Below, in pieces: positions 13,701 through 28,700 of a DNA stretch of 64,000 nt. Source of the DNA: Leucoraja erinacea (taxonomy: Eukaryota); assembly GCF_028641065.1 (NCBI RefSeq), contig NC_073381.1, positions 57,350,001 to 57,414,000 on the forward strand, read 5' to 3'. Positions within the stretch are counted from its first letter, which is position 1. Each line of letters starts with the position of its first letter. A program made the translations under genes and the position numbers. The notes beneath the pieces were generated by a model. It saw nothing but the letters and a program-made list of their open reading frames with translations. It was not told the DNA's origin and did no database searches.

Positions 13701-16700
13701 AGTTCCTGTAGATTTGTTAGTTTATGAATAAGCAAACAATGGAGATAGGACAGTCAACTGAATATCCTTTATTGAAGGCATTCACTCGAACCCAAAAAGG
13801 AGTGCCAGGTACAATAGTGCATCAAAAGGTGACTCGCCTCCTGGCATTGCAAGGTCTTTCTTCCATCTACAAGGCATAAGTCAGGAGTGTGATGAAAAAC
13901 ACTACATGTGCCTTAATGAGTGCAGTCAAGAAGCTTGGCACTATCCAGGACAAAGCAGCTCGCTTTACTAGCTGGGACCCGTTGAGTTACTCCAGCTTTT
14001 TGTGTCTATCTTTGCTTTACACTTATCATCAACCTCCCGAAACATTCATTCCATCCATCATCGATTGCAAAGTAATGGAATTGAGTATTGGTTTATTATT
14101 GTCATATGCACCGAAACACTGAATATGTTTCCCTTTTGTTTAGACCAAATTGACTTGAAAATGGTATTGATATCAAATTAAGATGGACTTTTAATATTGT
14201 CAGACAAATATAATTTCTAACCTTTTTCTTTTTAGAAATTAAAAAAGAAAAGCAGAAAAAGGCTTCAATCAAACCAAAGGAGAAAGGTAATTCGGTTTAT
14301 TATTGAATTATGGAAAGAATATTCCCAAATTTTAAGTTTATGAACAAATGGTTGATGTGTTGGATAATACTAGCTTCTACATGAAGCCTGCCCTATTCCA
14401 TGAGACCAGAACATCATAATAAATGCTTCTTTTTCTTGGCTGACCAGCCAGCCATGTGTGCGGGAACACATGGAATAAGAAGAGTTGTTTAGAATTCCAT
14501 TCACTCCTCCATTAACAAACTACAAAAGACTACAAAAAGTAGTAAACACTGCCCAGTCCATCATCAGCTCTGACCTTTCTTCCATCGAGGGGTTTTATCG
14601 CAGTATCATCAGAGACCCACACCATCCTGGCCACACACTCATCTCCCTGCTACCTTCAGGAAGAAGTTGCAGGAGCCTGAAGACTGCAACAACCAGGTTC
14701 AGGAATAGCTACTTCCCCACAGCCATCAGGCTATTAAACCTGGCTTGGACAACACTCTGATTATTGGTGGCCCATTATCTGCTATTTGCACTTCATCAGT
14801 TTATTTGTTTATGTGTGTATATATTTATATTGTGGTATATGGACACACTGATCTATTTTTTATAATAAATGCCTACTATGTTCTGTGTGCTAGGCAACGC
14901 AAGAATGTCATTGTCCTACCAGGGCCACATGACAATCAACTCACTTGAACTTGTTTACATGATTCTGGTTTCTGCTTACAATTATTTCTTAGTACATTAA
15001 CGAGCATAATCTAGCAAAAGAACAGTTATCATGGTCATTCCACTTATTCTCTGCTTATTAGGTTTAGGTTTCTGCTCACAGTTAGTCCTTGGTATATTAA
15101 CTAGAAAAATCTCTCCGTGTAAGTATTATCTTGGTCATTCAACTCTATGATAGCAATGTGCAGGAGAAATGCATCTAGTACAATATATTTTACTATTTTG
15201 TTCATTATGTTTCACTTTTGTCCAGGACTTATTGCCCTGAAAATGTAATTGATACCACATTAAGATGGGCTTTAATATTGTCAGACAAATAATTCTTACA
15301 TGCATCATTTCTAAAAGTATTATTACCATTTTCTTTGTAGAAATTAAGAAAGAAACGCCGATAAAACCCTTAGCTGAACCAAAGGCAAAAGGAATTGGGT
15401 TTATTTTGCAAATGCTGATAGACAATTTCTGAATTTGGCAGAGAAGAGTTGTGTCGAATAGCACAATTCTGCTGCCAGAACTTATGAATTACAAGTTTAT
15501 CAACAAGTGGAGTTGATGGGTTGGAAAAGACCAGATGAGACATGAAGCCTGCCCTATACCAGGAGACCAGAACAAGATCATATTTTTCTTCTTGGCTAAC
15601 CAGCCAGCCATGTGTCCAAGAACACATAGAAAAACAAAAGTAGCTTAGAATTCCATTAATTCCTCTGCTTACGTGGTTCTTGTACTGCTTACAGTTCCTC
15701 TTTAGTGCATTGACTAGAATAATCTAGCAAAAGAACTGTTATCATGGTCATTCAAATATGTGTTAGCAGCCTGCATGAGAAATGCAACTAATCCAACTCT
15801 GCAACTATTCTTGAGCACTACACAATAATGCATTAAATGGTGACTCACCTTCTGACATCGCAAGATCTATCCTCCATCTACAAGGCATAAGTCAGGAGTG
15901 TGATGGAAAACAATCCACTTGCCTTGATGAGTGCAGTCAAGAAGCTTGACATTATCCTGGAAAATGCAGCTCGCTTTACTAGCTGAGACTTCTGAGTTAC
16001 TCCAGCTTTTTATGTCTATCTTCACTTTACTAGTATCTGATCAACCTCCCAAAACATTAATTCCATCCACCACCGATTGCAAAGTATTGGAATTGAGTAT
16101 TGGTTTACTATTATCATATGCACCGAGAAACACGAATCGGTTTCCCCTTTGTTTTGACAAAATTGCCCTGAAAAAGGTATTGATATCAAATTAAGATGGA
16201 TTTTTATGTTGTCAGACAAGTAATTGTCACATGTATAATTTCTAAATGTTTATCAACCATTTTCCTTTTAGAAATTAAAAAAGAAAAGCAGAAAAAACCT
16301 TCAATTAAACCAAAGGAGAAAGGTAAATGGGTTTATTATTGAATTGAATTGAATTGAATTTATTTGTCATTCAGACCTTTCGGTCTGAATGAAATTTTGT
16401 TGCCATGCAGTCATACATATAATAAAAAAGAAAAAAAACACACAATAAACACAAATTATTATTAAAGAATATTCCTTAATTTTAAGTTTATGAACAAATG
16501 GAGTTGATGGGTTGGAAAAGACCAACTTCTACATGAACCATGAGACCAAAACATCAGTTTAAAAGGCTTATTTTTTCTTGGCTAACCAAGATCAGGATCA
16601 CATGGAATAAGAAGAGTTGCTTAGAATTCCATTCACTTCTCTGCTTACATGGTTCTGGTTTCTGCTTACAGTTCTTTCTTAGTACATTAACATAATCTAG

Positions 16701-19700
16701 CAAAAGGACAGTTAACATGGTCCATCAAATGTGTGTTAGCAGCCTGCTTGAGAAATGCAGCTAATCCAAATTTGCAATTCTGCAACTATTCTTGAGCTCT
16801 GCAGGTTACTTCTCTCATGTCCTGATTCCAATTCCCTTATGAAGGCCACAAACATATCTACATCTATCACCTTGTCAAGCATTGCATTCCCATATCCAAT
16901 CACTCACTGTGTGAATAAAATACTAAAATAAGTTTATGAACAAATGGTTGATGTGTTGGAAAATACTAGCTACTACATGAAGCCTGCCCTATCCCATGAG
17001 ACCAGAACATCATCATAAATGCTTCTTTTCTTGGCTGACCAGCAAGCCATGTGTGCAGAAACACATGGAAGAAGAAGAGTTGTTTAGAATTCCATTCACT
17101 CCTCTGTTGACATGGTTCTCGTTTCTGCTTACAGTTCTTTCTTAGTACATTAACGAGCGTAATCTAGCAAAAGAACAGTTATCATGGTCATTCCACTTAT
17201 TCTCTGCTTATTAGGTTTAGGTTTCTGCTCACAGTTAGTCCTTAGTATATTAACTAGAAAAATCTCTCAGTGTAAGTATTATCATGGTCATTCAACTCTA
17301 TGTTAGCAATGTGCAGGAGAAATGCATCTAGTACAATATATTTTTCTATTTCGTTCATTACGTTTCACTTTTGCCAAGGACTTATTGCCCTGAAAATGTA
17401 ATTGATACCACATTTAGATGGGCTTTAATGTTGTCAGACAAATAATTCTTACATGCATAATTTCTAAAAGTATTATTACCATTTTCTTTGTAGAAATTAA
17501 GAAAGAAACGCCGATAAAACGCTTAGCCGAAACAAAGGCAAAAGGTAATGGGGTTTATTTTGCAAATGTTGATAGACAATTTCTGAATTTGGCAGAGAAC
17601 AGTTGTTGTGCCGAATGGCCCAATTCTGCTCCCAGAAGTTATGAATTACAAGTTTATCAACAAGTGGAGTTGATGGGTTGGAAAAGACCAGATGAGACAT
17701 GAAGCCTGCCCTATACCAGGAGACCAGAACATCATAATTTTTTTCTTGGCTAACCAGCCAGCCTTGTGTCCAAGAACACGTGGAAAAACAAGAGTAGCTT
17801 AGAATTCCATTCATTCCTCTGCTTACGTGGTTCTTGTACTGCTTACAGTTCCTCTTTAGTACATTGACTAGACTAATCTAGCAAAAGAACTGTTATCATG
17901 GTCATTCAAATATGTGTTAGCAGCCTGCATGAGAAATGCAACTAATCCAACTGCAGCTATTCTTGAGCACTGCACAATACTGCATTAAATGGTGACTCAC
18001 CTCCTGACATCGCTAGGTCTTTCCTCCATCTACAAGGCATAAGTCAGGAGTGTGATGGAAAACAATCCACTTGCCTTGATGAGTGCAGTCAAGAAGCTTG
18101 ACATTATCCTGGAAAATGCAGCTCGCTTTACTAGCTGAGACCTCTGAGTTACTCCAGCTTTTTATGTCTTTCTTCGCTTTACTAGTATCTGATCAACCTC
18201 CCAAAACATTCATTCCATCCACCACCGATTGCAAAGTATTGGAATTGAGTATTGGTTTACTATTATCACATGCACCGAGAAACACTGAATAGGTTTCCCT
18301 TTTGTTTTGACGAAATTGCCCTGAAAAAGGTATTGATATCAAATTAAGATGGACTTTTAATGTTGTCAGACAAGTAATTGTCACATGTATAATTTCTAAA
18401 TGTTTATCAAACATTTTCTTTTTAGAAATTAAAAAAGAAAAGCAGAAAAAACCTTCAATCAAACCAAAGGAGAAAGGTAAATGGATTTATTATTGAATAA
18501 TTATTATTAAAGAATATTCCTTAATTTTAAGTTTATGAACAATTGGAGTTGATGGATTGGAAAAGATCAACTTCTACATGAACCATGAGACCAAAACATC
18601 GTATTAAAATCCTTCTTTTTTCTTGGCTAACCAGCCAAACATGTGTCCAGGATCACATGGAATAAGAAGAGTTGCTTAGAATTCCATTCACTCCTCTGCA
18701 TACATGGTTCTGGTTTCTGCTTACAGTTCTTTCTTAATACATTAACTAGCATAATCTAGCAAGAGAACAGTTATCATAGTCCATAAAATGTGTGTTAGCA
18801 GCCTGCTTGAGAAATGCAGCTAATCTAACTCTGCAACTATTCTTGAGCACTGCAGGTTACTTCTCTCACGTCCTGATTCCCATTCCCTTATGTAGGCCAC
18901 GGAAAAATCTACCACTACCACTTCATCAAGCAATGCATTCCATATCTAATTACTCACTGTGAATAAAAGACCTCGTATTTTCTCATTTACCTTAAATTCT
19001 GCAGCTTTCCTGTAGATTTCCTACAGTTCCTGGAGATTTGTTGGTTTGCCATTTGAATAAGCAAATAATGGAGATAGGACTGTCAACAGAATATTCTAAT
19101 ATGTTTCCCTTTTCTTTATACCTAATTGCCTTGAAAATGGTATTGATATCAAATTAAGATGGACTTTTAATATTGACAGACAAATAAATGTCACATGCAT
19201 AATTTCTAAATGTTCACCAACTATTTTCTGTTTAGAAATTAAAAAAGAAAAGCAGAAAAAACCTTCAACCAAACCAAAGGAGAAAGGTAATTCGGTTTAT
19301 TATTGAATTATTGAAAAGATATTCAAAATTTTAAGTTTATGAACAAATGGTTAATGTGTTGGATAATACTAGCTTCTACATGAAGCCTGCCCTATTCCAT
19401 GAGACCAGAACATCATAATAAAATGCTTCTTTTTCTTGGCTGACCGGCAGGAACACATGGAATAAAAGAGTTGTTTAGAATTCCATTCACGCCTCTGTTT
19501 ACATGGTTCTGGTTTCTGCTTACAGTTCTTTCTTAGTGCATTAACGAGCATAATCTAGCAAAAGAACAGTTATCATGGTCATTCCACTTATTCCTCTGCT
19601 TATTAGGTTTAGGTTTCTGCTCCTAATAAGCAGTTAGTCCTTAGTATAATAACGAGAAAAATTCTCTCAGTGTAAGTATTATCATGGTCATTCAACTCTA

Positions 19701-22700
19701 TGTTAGCAATGTGCAGGAGAAATGCATCTAGTACAATATTTTTTTTTAATTTCGTTCATTACGTTTCACTTTTGTCCAGGACTTATTGCCCTGAAAATGT
19801 AATTGATACCACATTTAGATGGGCTTTAATATTGTCAGACAAATAATTCTTACATGCATAATTTCTAAAAGTATTATTACCATTTTTGTTGTAGAAATTA
19901 AGAAAGAAAAGCCGATAAAACCCTTAGCCGAACCAAAGGCAAAAGGTGATTAGGTTTATTTTGCAAATGTTGATAGACGATTTCTAAATTTGGCAGAGAA
20001 CAGTTGTTGTGCCGAATAGCCCAATACTGCTCCCAGAACTTATGAATTACAAGTTTATCAACAAGTGGAGTTGATGGGTTAGAAAAGACCAGATGAGACA
20101 TGAAGCCTGCCCTATACCAGGAGACTAGAACATCATCATAATATTTTTTCTTGGCTAACCAGCCAGCCTTGTGTCCAAGAACACATGGAAAAACTAGAGT
20201 AGCTTAGAATTCTATTCATTCCTCTGCTTACGTGGTCCTTGTTCTGCTTACAGTTCCTCTTTAGTACATTGACTAGAAAATTCTAGCAAAAGAACTGTTA
20301 TCATGGTTATTCAAATATGTGTTAGCAGCCTGCATGAGAAATGCAACTAATCCAACTCTGCAGCTATTCTTGAGCACTGCACAATAATGCATTAAAAGGT
20401 GACTCACCTCCTGACATCGCAAGACCTTTCCTCCATCTACAAGGTATGTCAGGAGTGTGATGGAAAACAATCCACTTGCCTTGATGAGTGCAGTCAAGAA
20501 GCTTGACATTATCCAGGAAAAAGCAGCTCGCTTTACTAGCTGAGACCTCTGAGTTACTCCAGCTTTTTATGTCTATCTTCGCTTTACAAGTACCTGATCA
20601 ACCTCTCAAAACATTCATTCCATCCACCACCGATTGCAAACTATTGGAATTGAGTATTGGTTTACTATTATCACATGCACCGAGAAACACTGAATAGATT
20701 TCCCTTTTGTTTCGACGAAATTGCCCTGAAAAAGGTATTGATATCAAATTAAGATGGACTTTTAATGTTGTCAGACAAATAATTGTCACATGTATAATTT
20801 CTAAATGTTTATCAACCATTTTCTTTTTAGAAATTAAAAAAGAAAAGCAGAAAAAACCTTCAATCAAACCAAAGGAGAAAGGTAAATGGATTTATTATTG
20901 AATAATTATTAATAAAGAATATTCCTTAATTTTAAGTTTATGAACAAATGGAGTTGGAAAAGATCAACTTCTACATGAACCATGAGGACAGAACATCATA
21001 TTAAAATGCTTATTTTTTCTTGGCTAACCAGCCAAACATGTGTCCAGGATCACATGGAATAAGAAGAGTTGCTTAGATTTCCATTCACTCCTCTGCATAC
21101 ATGGTTCTGGTTTCTGCTTACAGTTCTTTCTTAATACATTAACTAGCATAATCTAGCAAAAGAACAGTTATCACGGTCCATAAAATGTGTGTTAGCAGCC
21201 TGCTTGAGAAATGCAGCTAATCCAACTGCAACTATTCTTGAGCACTGCAGGTTACTTCTCTCGTGTCCTGATTCCCATTCCCTTATGAAGGCCACAAAAA
21301 AATCTACCACTTCATCACGCAATGCATTCCATATCTATTCACTCACTCTGTGAATAAATTACCTCGTATGTTCTCATTTACCTTAAATTCTGCAGATTTC
21401 CTGTAGATTTCCTACAGTTCCTGTAGATTTGTTGGTTTGCCATTTGAATAAGCAAATAATGGAGACAGGAATGTCAACAGAATATCCTAATATGTTTCCC
21501 TTTTCTTTAGACCTAATTGCCTTGAAAATGGTATTGATATCAAATGAAGATGGACTTTTAATATTCACAGACAAAAATTGTCACATGCATAATTTCTAAA
21601 TGTTCACCAACCATTTTCTGTTTAGAAATTAGAAAAGAAAAGCTGAAAAAACCTTCAACCAAACCAAAGGAGAAAGGTAATTGGGTCTATTATGCAACTA
21701 TGGATCGAAAATTCCTAAATGTCAAGTTTATGAACAATTGAAGATTAAGGCTTGGAAAAAAACAGCTGCTGCAGGCTACTTCTCTCATGTCCTGATTCCC
21801 ATTCCCTTATGAAGGCCACGAAAAAATCTACCTCTACTACTTCATCAAGCAATGCATTCCATATCTAATCATTCACTGTGTGAATAAAATACCTCGTATT
21901 TTCTCATTTACCTTAAATGAGAAATGCAGCTAATCCAACTCGACAGCTATTCTTGAGCGCTGCTTTTCTCCGGTCTTGATTCCAATTCCCTTATGAAGCC
22001 CACAAACATATCTACATCTATCACCTTATCAAGCAATGCATTCCCATATTCAATCACTCACTGTGTGAATAAAATACTTTTGCTCCCCTCCTTCTCATTT
22101 ACCTTAAATTCTGTAGATTTCTTCAGTTCCTGTAGATTTGTTAGTTTGCCATTTGAATAAGCAAGTAATGGAGATAGGACTGTCAACTGAATATACTTTA
22201 TTGAAGGCATTCAGTCGAACCCAAAATGGAGTGCCAGGTACAATAGTGCATCAAAAGGTGACTCACTTCCTGGCATTGCAAGGTATTTCTTCCATCTACA
22301 AGGCATACGTCAGGAGTGTGATGAAAAACACTCCACGTGCCTTGATGAGTACAATCAAGAAGCTTGGCACTATCCAGGATAAAGCAGCTCGCTTTAGTAG
22401 CTGAGACCCATTGAGTTACTGCAGCTTTTTGGGTCTATCTTCGCTTTACAAGTATCATATCAACCTCCCGAAACATTAATTCCATCCACCATCGATTGTT
22501 TAGACCATATTCCCCTGATAATGGTATTGATATCAAATTAAGATAGAGTTTTAATATTGTCAGACAAATATTTGTCATATGTATAATTTCTAACCTTTTT
22601 CTTTTTAGCAATTAAAAAAGAAAAGCAGAAAAAACCTTCAATCAAGCAAAAGGAGAAAGGTAATTGGGCTTATTATTGAATTATGGAAAGAATATTCCCA

Positions 22701-25700
22701 AATTTTAAGTTTATGAACAAATGGTTGATGTGTTGGAAAATACTAGTTTCTACATGAAGCCTGCCCTATTCCATGAGACCAGAACATCATAATAAAATGC
22801 TTCTTTTTCTTGGCTGACCAGCCAGCCATGTGTGCAGCAACACATGGAATAAGAAGAGTTGTTTAGGGAATTCCATTCACTCCTCTGTTTATACGGTTCT
22901 GGTTTCTGCTTACAGTTCTTTCTTAGTACATTAATTAGCACAATCTAGCAAGAGAACAGTTATCATGGTCATTCAAATGTGTGTTAGCAGCCTGCTTGAG
23001 AAATGTAGCTAATCCAACTCTGCAACTAATCTTGAGCACTGCAGGTTACTTCTCTCACGTCCTGATTCCAATTCCCTTATGAAGGCCACAAAAAATTCTA
23101 CCTCTACCACTTCATCAAGCAATGCATCAAGTAATCACTCACTGTGTGAATAAAATACTTTTGCTCCCCTCACATTTTCTCATTTACCTTAAATTCTGCA
23201 GCTTTCCTGTAGATTTCCTACAGTTCCTGTAGATTTGTTAGTTTGCCATTTGAATAAGCAAATAATGGAGACAGGACTGTCAACAGAACATCCTAATATG
23301 TTTCCCTTTCCTTTAGACCTAATTGACTTGAAAATGGTATTGATATCAAATTAAGATGGACTTTTAATATTGCCAGACGAACAGTTCTCACGTGCAAATT
23401 TTCGAAATGTTTACCAACCATTTTCTTTTTAGAAATTCAAAAAGAAAAGAAGAAAAAACCTTCAACCAAACCAAAGGAGAAAGGTAATTGGATTTATTAT
23501 GGAATTGTGGAAAGAATATTCCTAAATTTTAAGTTTATGAACAAGTGCACTTGATGGGTTGGAAAATACCAGCGGCAGCACGAAGCCTGCCCTATACCAT
23601 GAGACCGAAACATCATAATAAAATGTGTCTTTTTTCTTGGCTGACCTGTAGATTTGTTAGTTTGCCATTTGAATAAGCAAATAATGGAGATAGGACTTTT
23701 AACTGAATATCCTTTATTGAAGGCATTCACTCAAACCCCAAAAGGAGTGCCAGGTGCAATAGTGCATCAAAAGATGAAGACTCACTGTGTTACTCCAGTT
23801 TTTTGTGTCTATCTTCGCTTTACTGATCAACTACCCGAAACATTAATTCCATCCACCACCGATTGCAAAGTCATAGAATTGAGTATTGGTTTATTATTGT
23901 CACATGCTCTGAGAAACACTGAATATGGTTCCCTTTTGTTTAGAACAAATTGCCATGAAAATGGTACTGATATCAAATTAAGATGGACTTTTAATATTGT
24001 CAGACTAATAATTGTCAAATGCATGATATCTAACCATTTTCATTTTAGAAATTGAAAAAGAAAAGGAGAAAAAACCTTCAATCAAACCAAAGGAGAAAGG
24101 TATTCGGGTTTATTATTGAATTGTGGAAAGAATATTCCCAAATGTTAAGTTTCCGAACAAATGGTGCTGATGAGTTGAAAAAGACTAGCTTCTACATGAA
24201 ACCTGCCCTATTCCATGAGACCAGAACATCATAATAAAATGCTTCTTTGTTCTTGGCCAGCCAGTCAGTCATGTGTCCAGGAACACATGGAAAAAGAAGA
24301 GTTGCTCAGAATTCCATGAATTCCTCTGCTTACGTGGTTCTGGTTCTGCTTACAGTTCCTCCTTAGTACATTAACTAAATTAATCTAGCAAATTAACTGT
24401 TATCATGGTCATTCCAGTCTGTGTTAGCATGAGAAACATCGCTAATACAACTCCGCAGGTATTTATGAGCACTGCGGGCTTACTAATCTCAGGTCCTGAT
24501 TCCAATTCCCTTATGAAATTGAAAAAGAAAAGCAGAAAAAACCTTCAATCAAACCAAAGGAGAAACGTAAATGGGTTTATTATTGAATAATTATTATTAA
24601 AGAATATTTCTTAATTTTAAGTTTATGAACAAATTGATGGATTGGAAAAGATCAACTTCTACATGAACCACGAGAACAAAACATCATATTAAAATGCTTC
24701 ATTTTTTCGTGGCTAACCAGCCAAACGTGTGTCCAGGATCACATGGAATAAGAAGAGTTGCTTAGAATTCCATTCACTTCTCTGCTTACATGGTTCTCGT
24801 TTCTGCTTACAGTTCTTTCTTAGTACATTAACTAGCATAATCTAGCAAAAGAACAATTATCATGGGCCATCAAATGTGTGTTAGCAGCCTGCTTGAGAAA
24901 TGCAGCTAATCCAACTCTGCAACTATTCTTGAGCACTGCAGGTTACTTCTCTCATGTCCTGATTCCCGTTCCCTTATGAAGGCCACGAAAAAATCTACCA
25001 CTACCACTTCATCAAGCAATGCATTCCATATCTAATTACTCACTGTGAATAAAATAACTTGTATTTTCTCATTTACCTTAAATTCTGCAGCTTTCCTGTA
25101 GATTTCCTTCAGTTCCTGGAGATTTGTTGGTTAGCCATTTGAATAAGCAAATAATGGAGATAGGAATGTCAACAGAATATCCTAATATGTTTCCCTTTTC
25201 TTTAGACCTAATTACCTAGAAAATGGTATTGATATCAGATTAAGATGGACTTTTAATATTGACAGAAAAATAAATGTCACATGCATAATTTCTAAATGTT
25301 CACCAACTATTTTCTGTTTAGAAATTAAAAAAGAAAAGCAGAAAAAACCTTCAACCAAACCAAAGGAGAAAGGTAATTGGGTCTATTATGCAACTGTGGA
25401 ACGAAAATTACTAAGATTTAAGTTTATGAACAAGTGAAGATTATGTGTTGGAAAATACCAGCTGCTGCACGAAGCCTGCACTACACCATAATACCAGAAC
25501 ATCATAATATAATGCTTCTCATTCATGGCCAACCAGCCAGCCATGTGTCCAGGAACGCATGGAAAAAGAAGAGTTGCTTAGAATTCCATTCATTCCTCTG
25601 CTTACATGTTTATAGTTTCTGCTTACAGTTCCTCCTTAGTACATTAGCTAGAATAATCTAGCACAAGTACAGTTATCATGGTCATTCAAGTCTGTGTTTG

Positions 25701-28700
25701 TAGCTTGCATGAGAAATGCAGCTAATCCAACTCGACAGCTATTCTTGCGCGCTGCTTTTCTCAGGTCTTGATTCCAATTTCCTTATGAAGGCCACAAACA
25801 TATCTTTGTCTATTACCTTGTCAAGCAATGCATTCCCATATCCAATCACTAACTGTGTGAATAAAATTATTTTGTTCCCCTCTTTCTCATTTACCTTAAA
25901 TTTTCAAGATTTCTTCAGTTCCTGGAGATTTGTTAGTTTGTAAATAAGCAAATAATGGATAGGACTGTCAATTGAATATCCTTTATTGAAGGCATTCACT
26001 CGAACCCAAAATGGAGTGCCAGGTACAATAGTGCATCAAAAAGTGACTCACCTCCTGGCATTGCAAAGTCTTTCTTCCATCTACAAGGCATAAGTCAGGA
26101 GTGTGATGGAAAACACTACACGTGCCTTGATGAGTGCAGTCAAAAAGCTTGGCACTATCCAGGACAAAGCAGCTCGCTTTAGTAGCTGAGACCCGTTGAG
26201 TTACACCAGCTTTTTGGGTCTATCTTCGCTTTACAAGTATCATATCAACCTCCCGAAACATTCATTTCATCCACCATCAATTGCAAAGTAATCAAATTGA
26301 GTATTGCTTTATTATTGTCACATGCACCGAAACACTGAATATGTTTCCCTTTTGTTTAGACCAAATTCCCCTGAAAATGGTATTGATATGAAATTAAGAT
26401 GGACTTTTAATATTGTCAGACAAATATTTGTCATATGTATAATTTCTAACCTTTATCTTTTTAGAAATTAAAAAGGAAAAGCAGAAAAAAACTTCAATCA
26501 AACCAAAGGAGAAAGGCAATTGGGCGTATTATTGAATTATGGAAAGAATATTCCCAAATCTATCAACAAATGGTTGATGTGTTGCCAAATACTAGCTTCT
26601 ACATGAAGCCTGCCCTATTCCATGAGACCAGAACATCATAATAAAATGCTTCTTTTCTTGGCTGACCAGCCAACCATGTGTGCAGGAACTCATGGAATAA
26701 GAAGAGTTTTTTAGAATTCCATTCACTCCTCTGCTTACATGGTTCTGGTTTCTGCTAACAGTTTTTTCTTAGTACATTAATTAGCACAATCTAGCAAGAG
26801 AACAGTTATCATGGTCATTCAAATGTGTGTTAGCAGCCTGCTTGAGAAATGTAGCTAATCCAATTTTGCAACTAATCTTGAGCACTGCAGGTTACTTCTC
26901 TCATGTCCTGATTCCAATTCCCTTATAAAGGCCACGAAAAATTCTACCTCTATCACTTCATCAAGCAATGCATCAAGTAATCACTCACTGTGTGAATAAA
27001 ATACTTTTGCTCCCCTCACATTTTCTCATTTACCTTAAATTCTGCTGCTTTCCTGTAGATTTCCTACAGTCACTGTAGATTTGTTAGTTTGCCATTTGAA
27101 TAAGCAAATAATGGAGACAGGACTGTCAACAGAACATCCTAATATGTTTCCCTTTCCTTTAGACCTAATTGACTTGAAAATGGTATTGATATCAAATTAA
27201 GATGGACTTTTAATATTGTCAGACGAACAGTTCTCACGTGAAAATTTTCGAAATGTTTACCAACCATTTTCTTTTTAGAAATTCAAAAAGAAAAGAAGAA
27301 AAAACCTTCAACCAAACCAAAGGAGAAAGGTAATTGGGTTTATTATGGAATTGTGGAAAGAATATTCCTAAATTTTAAGTTTATGAACAAGTGTACTTGA
27401 TGGGTTGGAAAATACCAGCGGCAGCACGAAGCCTGCCCTATACCATGAGACAGAAACATCATAATAAAATGCGTCTTTTTTCTTGGCTGACCTGTAGATT
27501 TGTTAGTTTGCCATTTGAATAAGCAAATAATGGAGATAGGACTGTTAACTGAATATCCTTTATTGAAGGCATTCACTCAAACCCCAAAAGGAGTGCCAGG
27601 TGCAATAGTGCATCAAAATGTGAAGACTCGCTGTGTTACTCCAGTTTTTTGTGTCTATCTTCGCTTTACTGATCAACTACCTGAAACATTAATTCCATCC
27701 ACCACCGATTGCAAAGTCATAGAATTGAGTATTGGCTTATTATTGTCACATGCTCTGAGAAACACTGAGTATGGTTCCCTTTTGTTTAGAACAAATTGCC
27801 ATGAAAATGGTATTGATATCAAATTAAGATGGTCTTTTAATATTGTCAGAGTAATAATTGTCAAATGCATGATTTCTAACCATTTTCATTTTAGAAATTG
27901 AAAAAGAAAAGGCGAAAAAACCTTCAATCAAACCAAAGGAGAAAGGTATTCGGGTTTATTATTGAATTGTGGAAAGAATATTCCCAAATGTTAAGTTTCT
28001 GAACAAATGGTGCTGATGAGTTGAAAAAGACTAGCTTCTACATGAAACCTGCCCTATTCCATGAGACCAGAACATCATAATAAAATGCTTTTATTATATA
28101 ATAAAACCATAATAAAATTCTTCTTTGTTCTTGGCCAGCCAGTCAGTCATGTGTCCAGGAACACATGGGAAAAGAAGAGTTGCTCAGAATTCCATGAATT
28201 CCTCTGCTTACGTTGTTCTGGTTCTGCTTATAGTTCCTCCTTAGTACATTAACTAAATTAATCTAGAAAAATAACTGTCATCATGGTCATTCCAGTCTGT
28301 GTTAGCAGCCTGCATGAGAAACATCGCTAATACAACTCCGCAGGTATTCTTGAGCACTGCCGGCTTACTACTCTCAGGTCCTGATTCCAATTCCCTTATG
28401 GCCACAATCAAATCTACCGCTACTGTCTTGTCGAGCAATGCATTCCCATATCTAATCATTCACTGTGTGAATAAAATACCTTTGCTCCCCTCACTTTTTT
28501 TCACTTACCTTATATTCTGTAACTTTCCTACAGTTTCTGTAGATTTGTTAGTTTGCTATTTGAATAAACAAATAATGGAGATAGGACCGTCAACTGAAAA
28601 TCTTTATTGAAGTAATTCACTCACACCCAAAAAGGAGTGCCAGGTACAATAGTGCATCAAAAGGTGACCCGACTCCTGACATCGCAATGTCTCTCCTCCA

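Noticed and set aside
11708-28610. Recurrent 60-133 aa ORFs (MQSRSLTLS..., MSHLVFSNP..., MLVCHLNK...) as a gene family
   Set aside because: They recur only because the introns are duplicated, and they are broken by stops and frameshifts in other copies.
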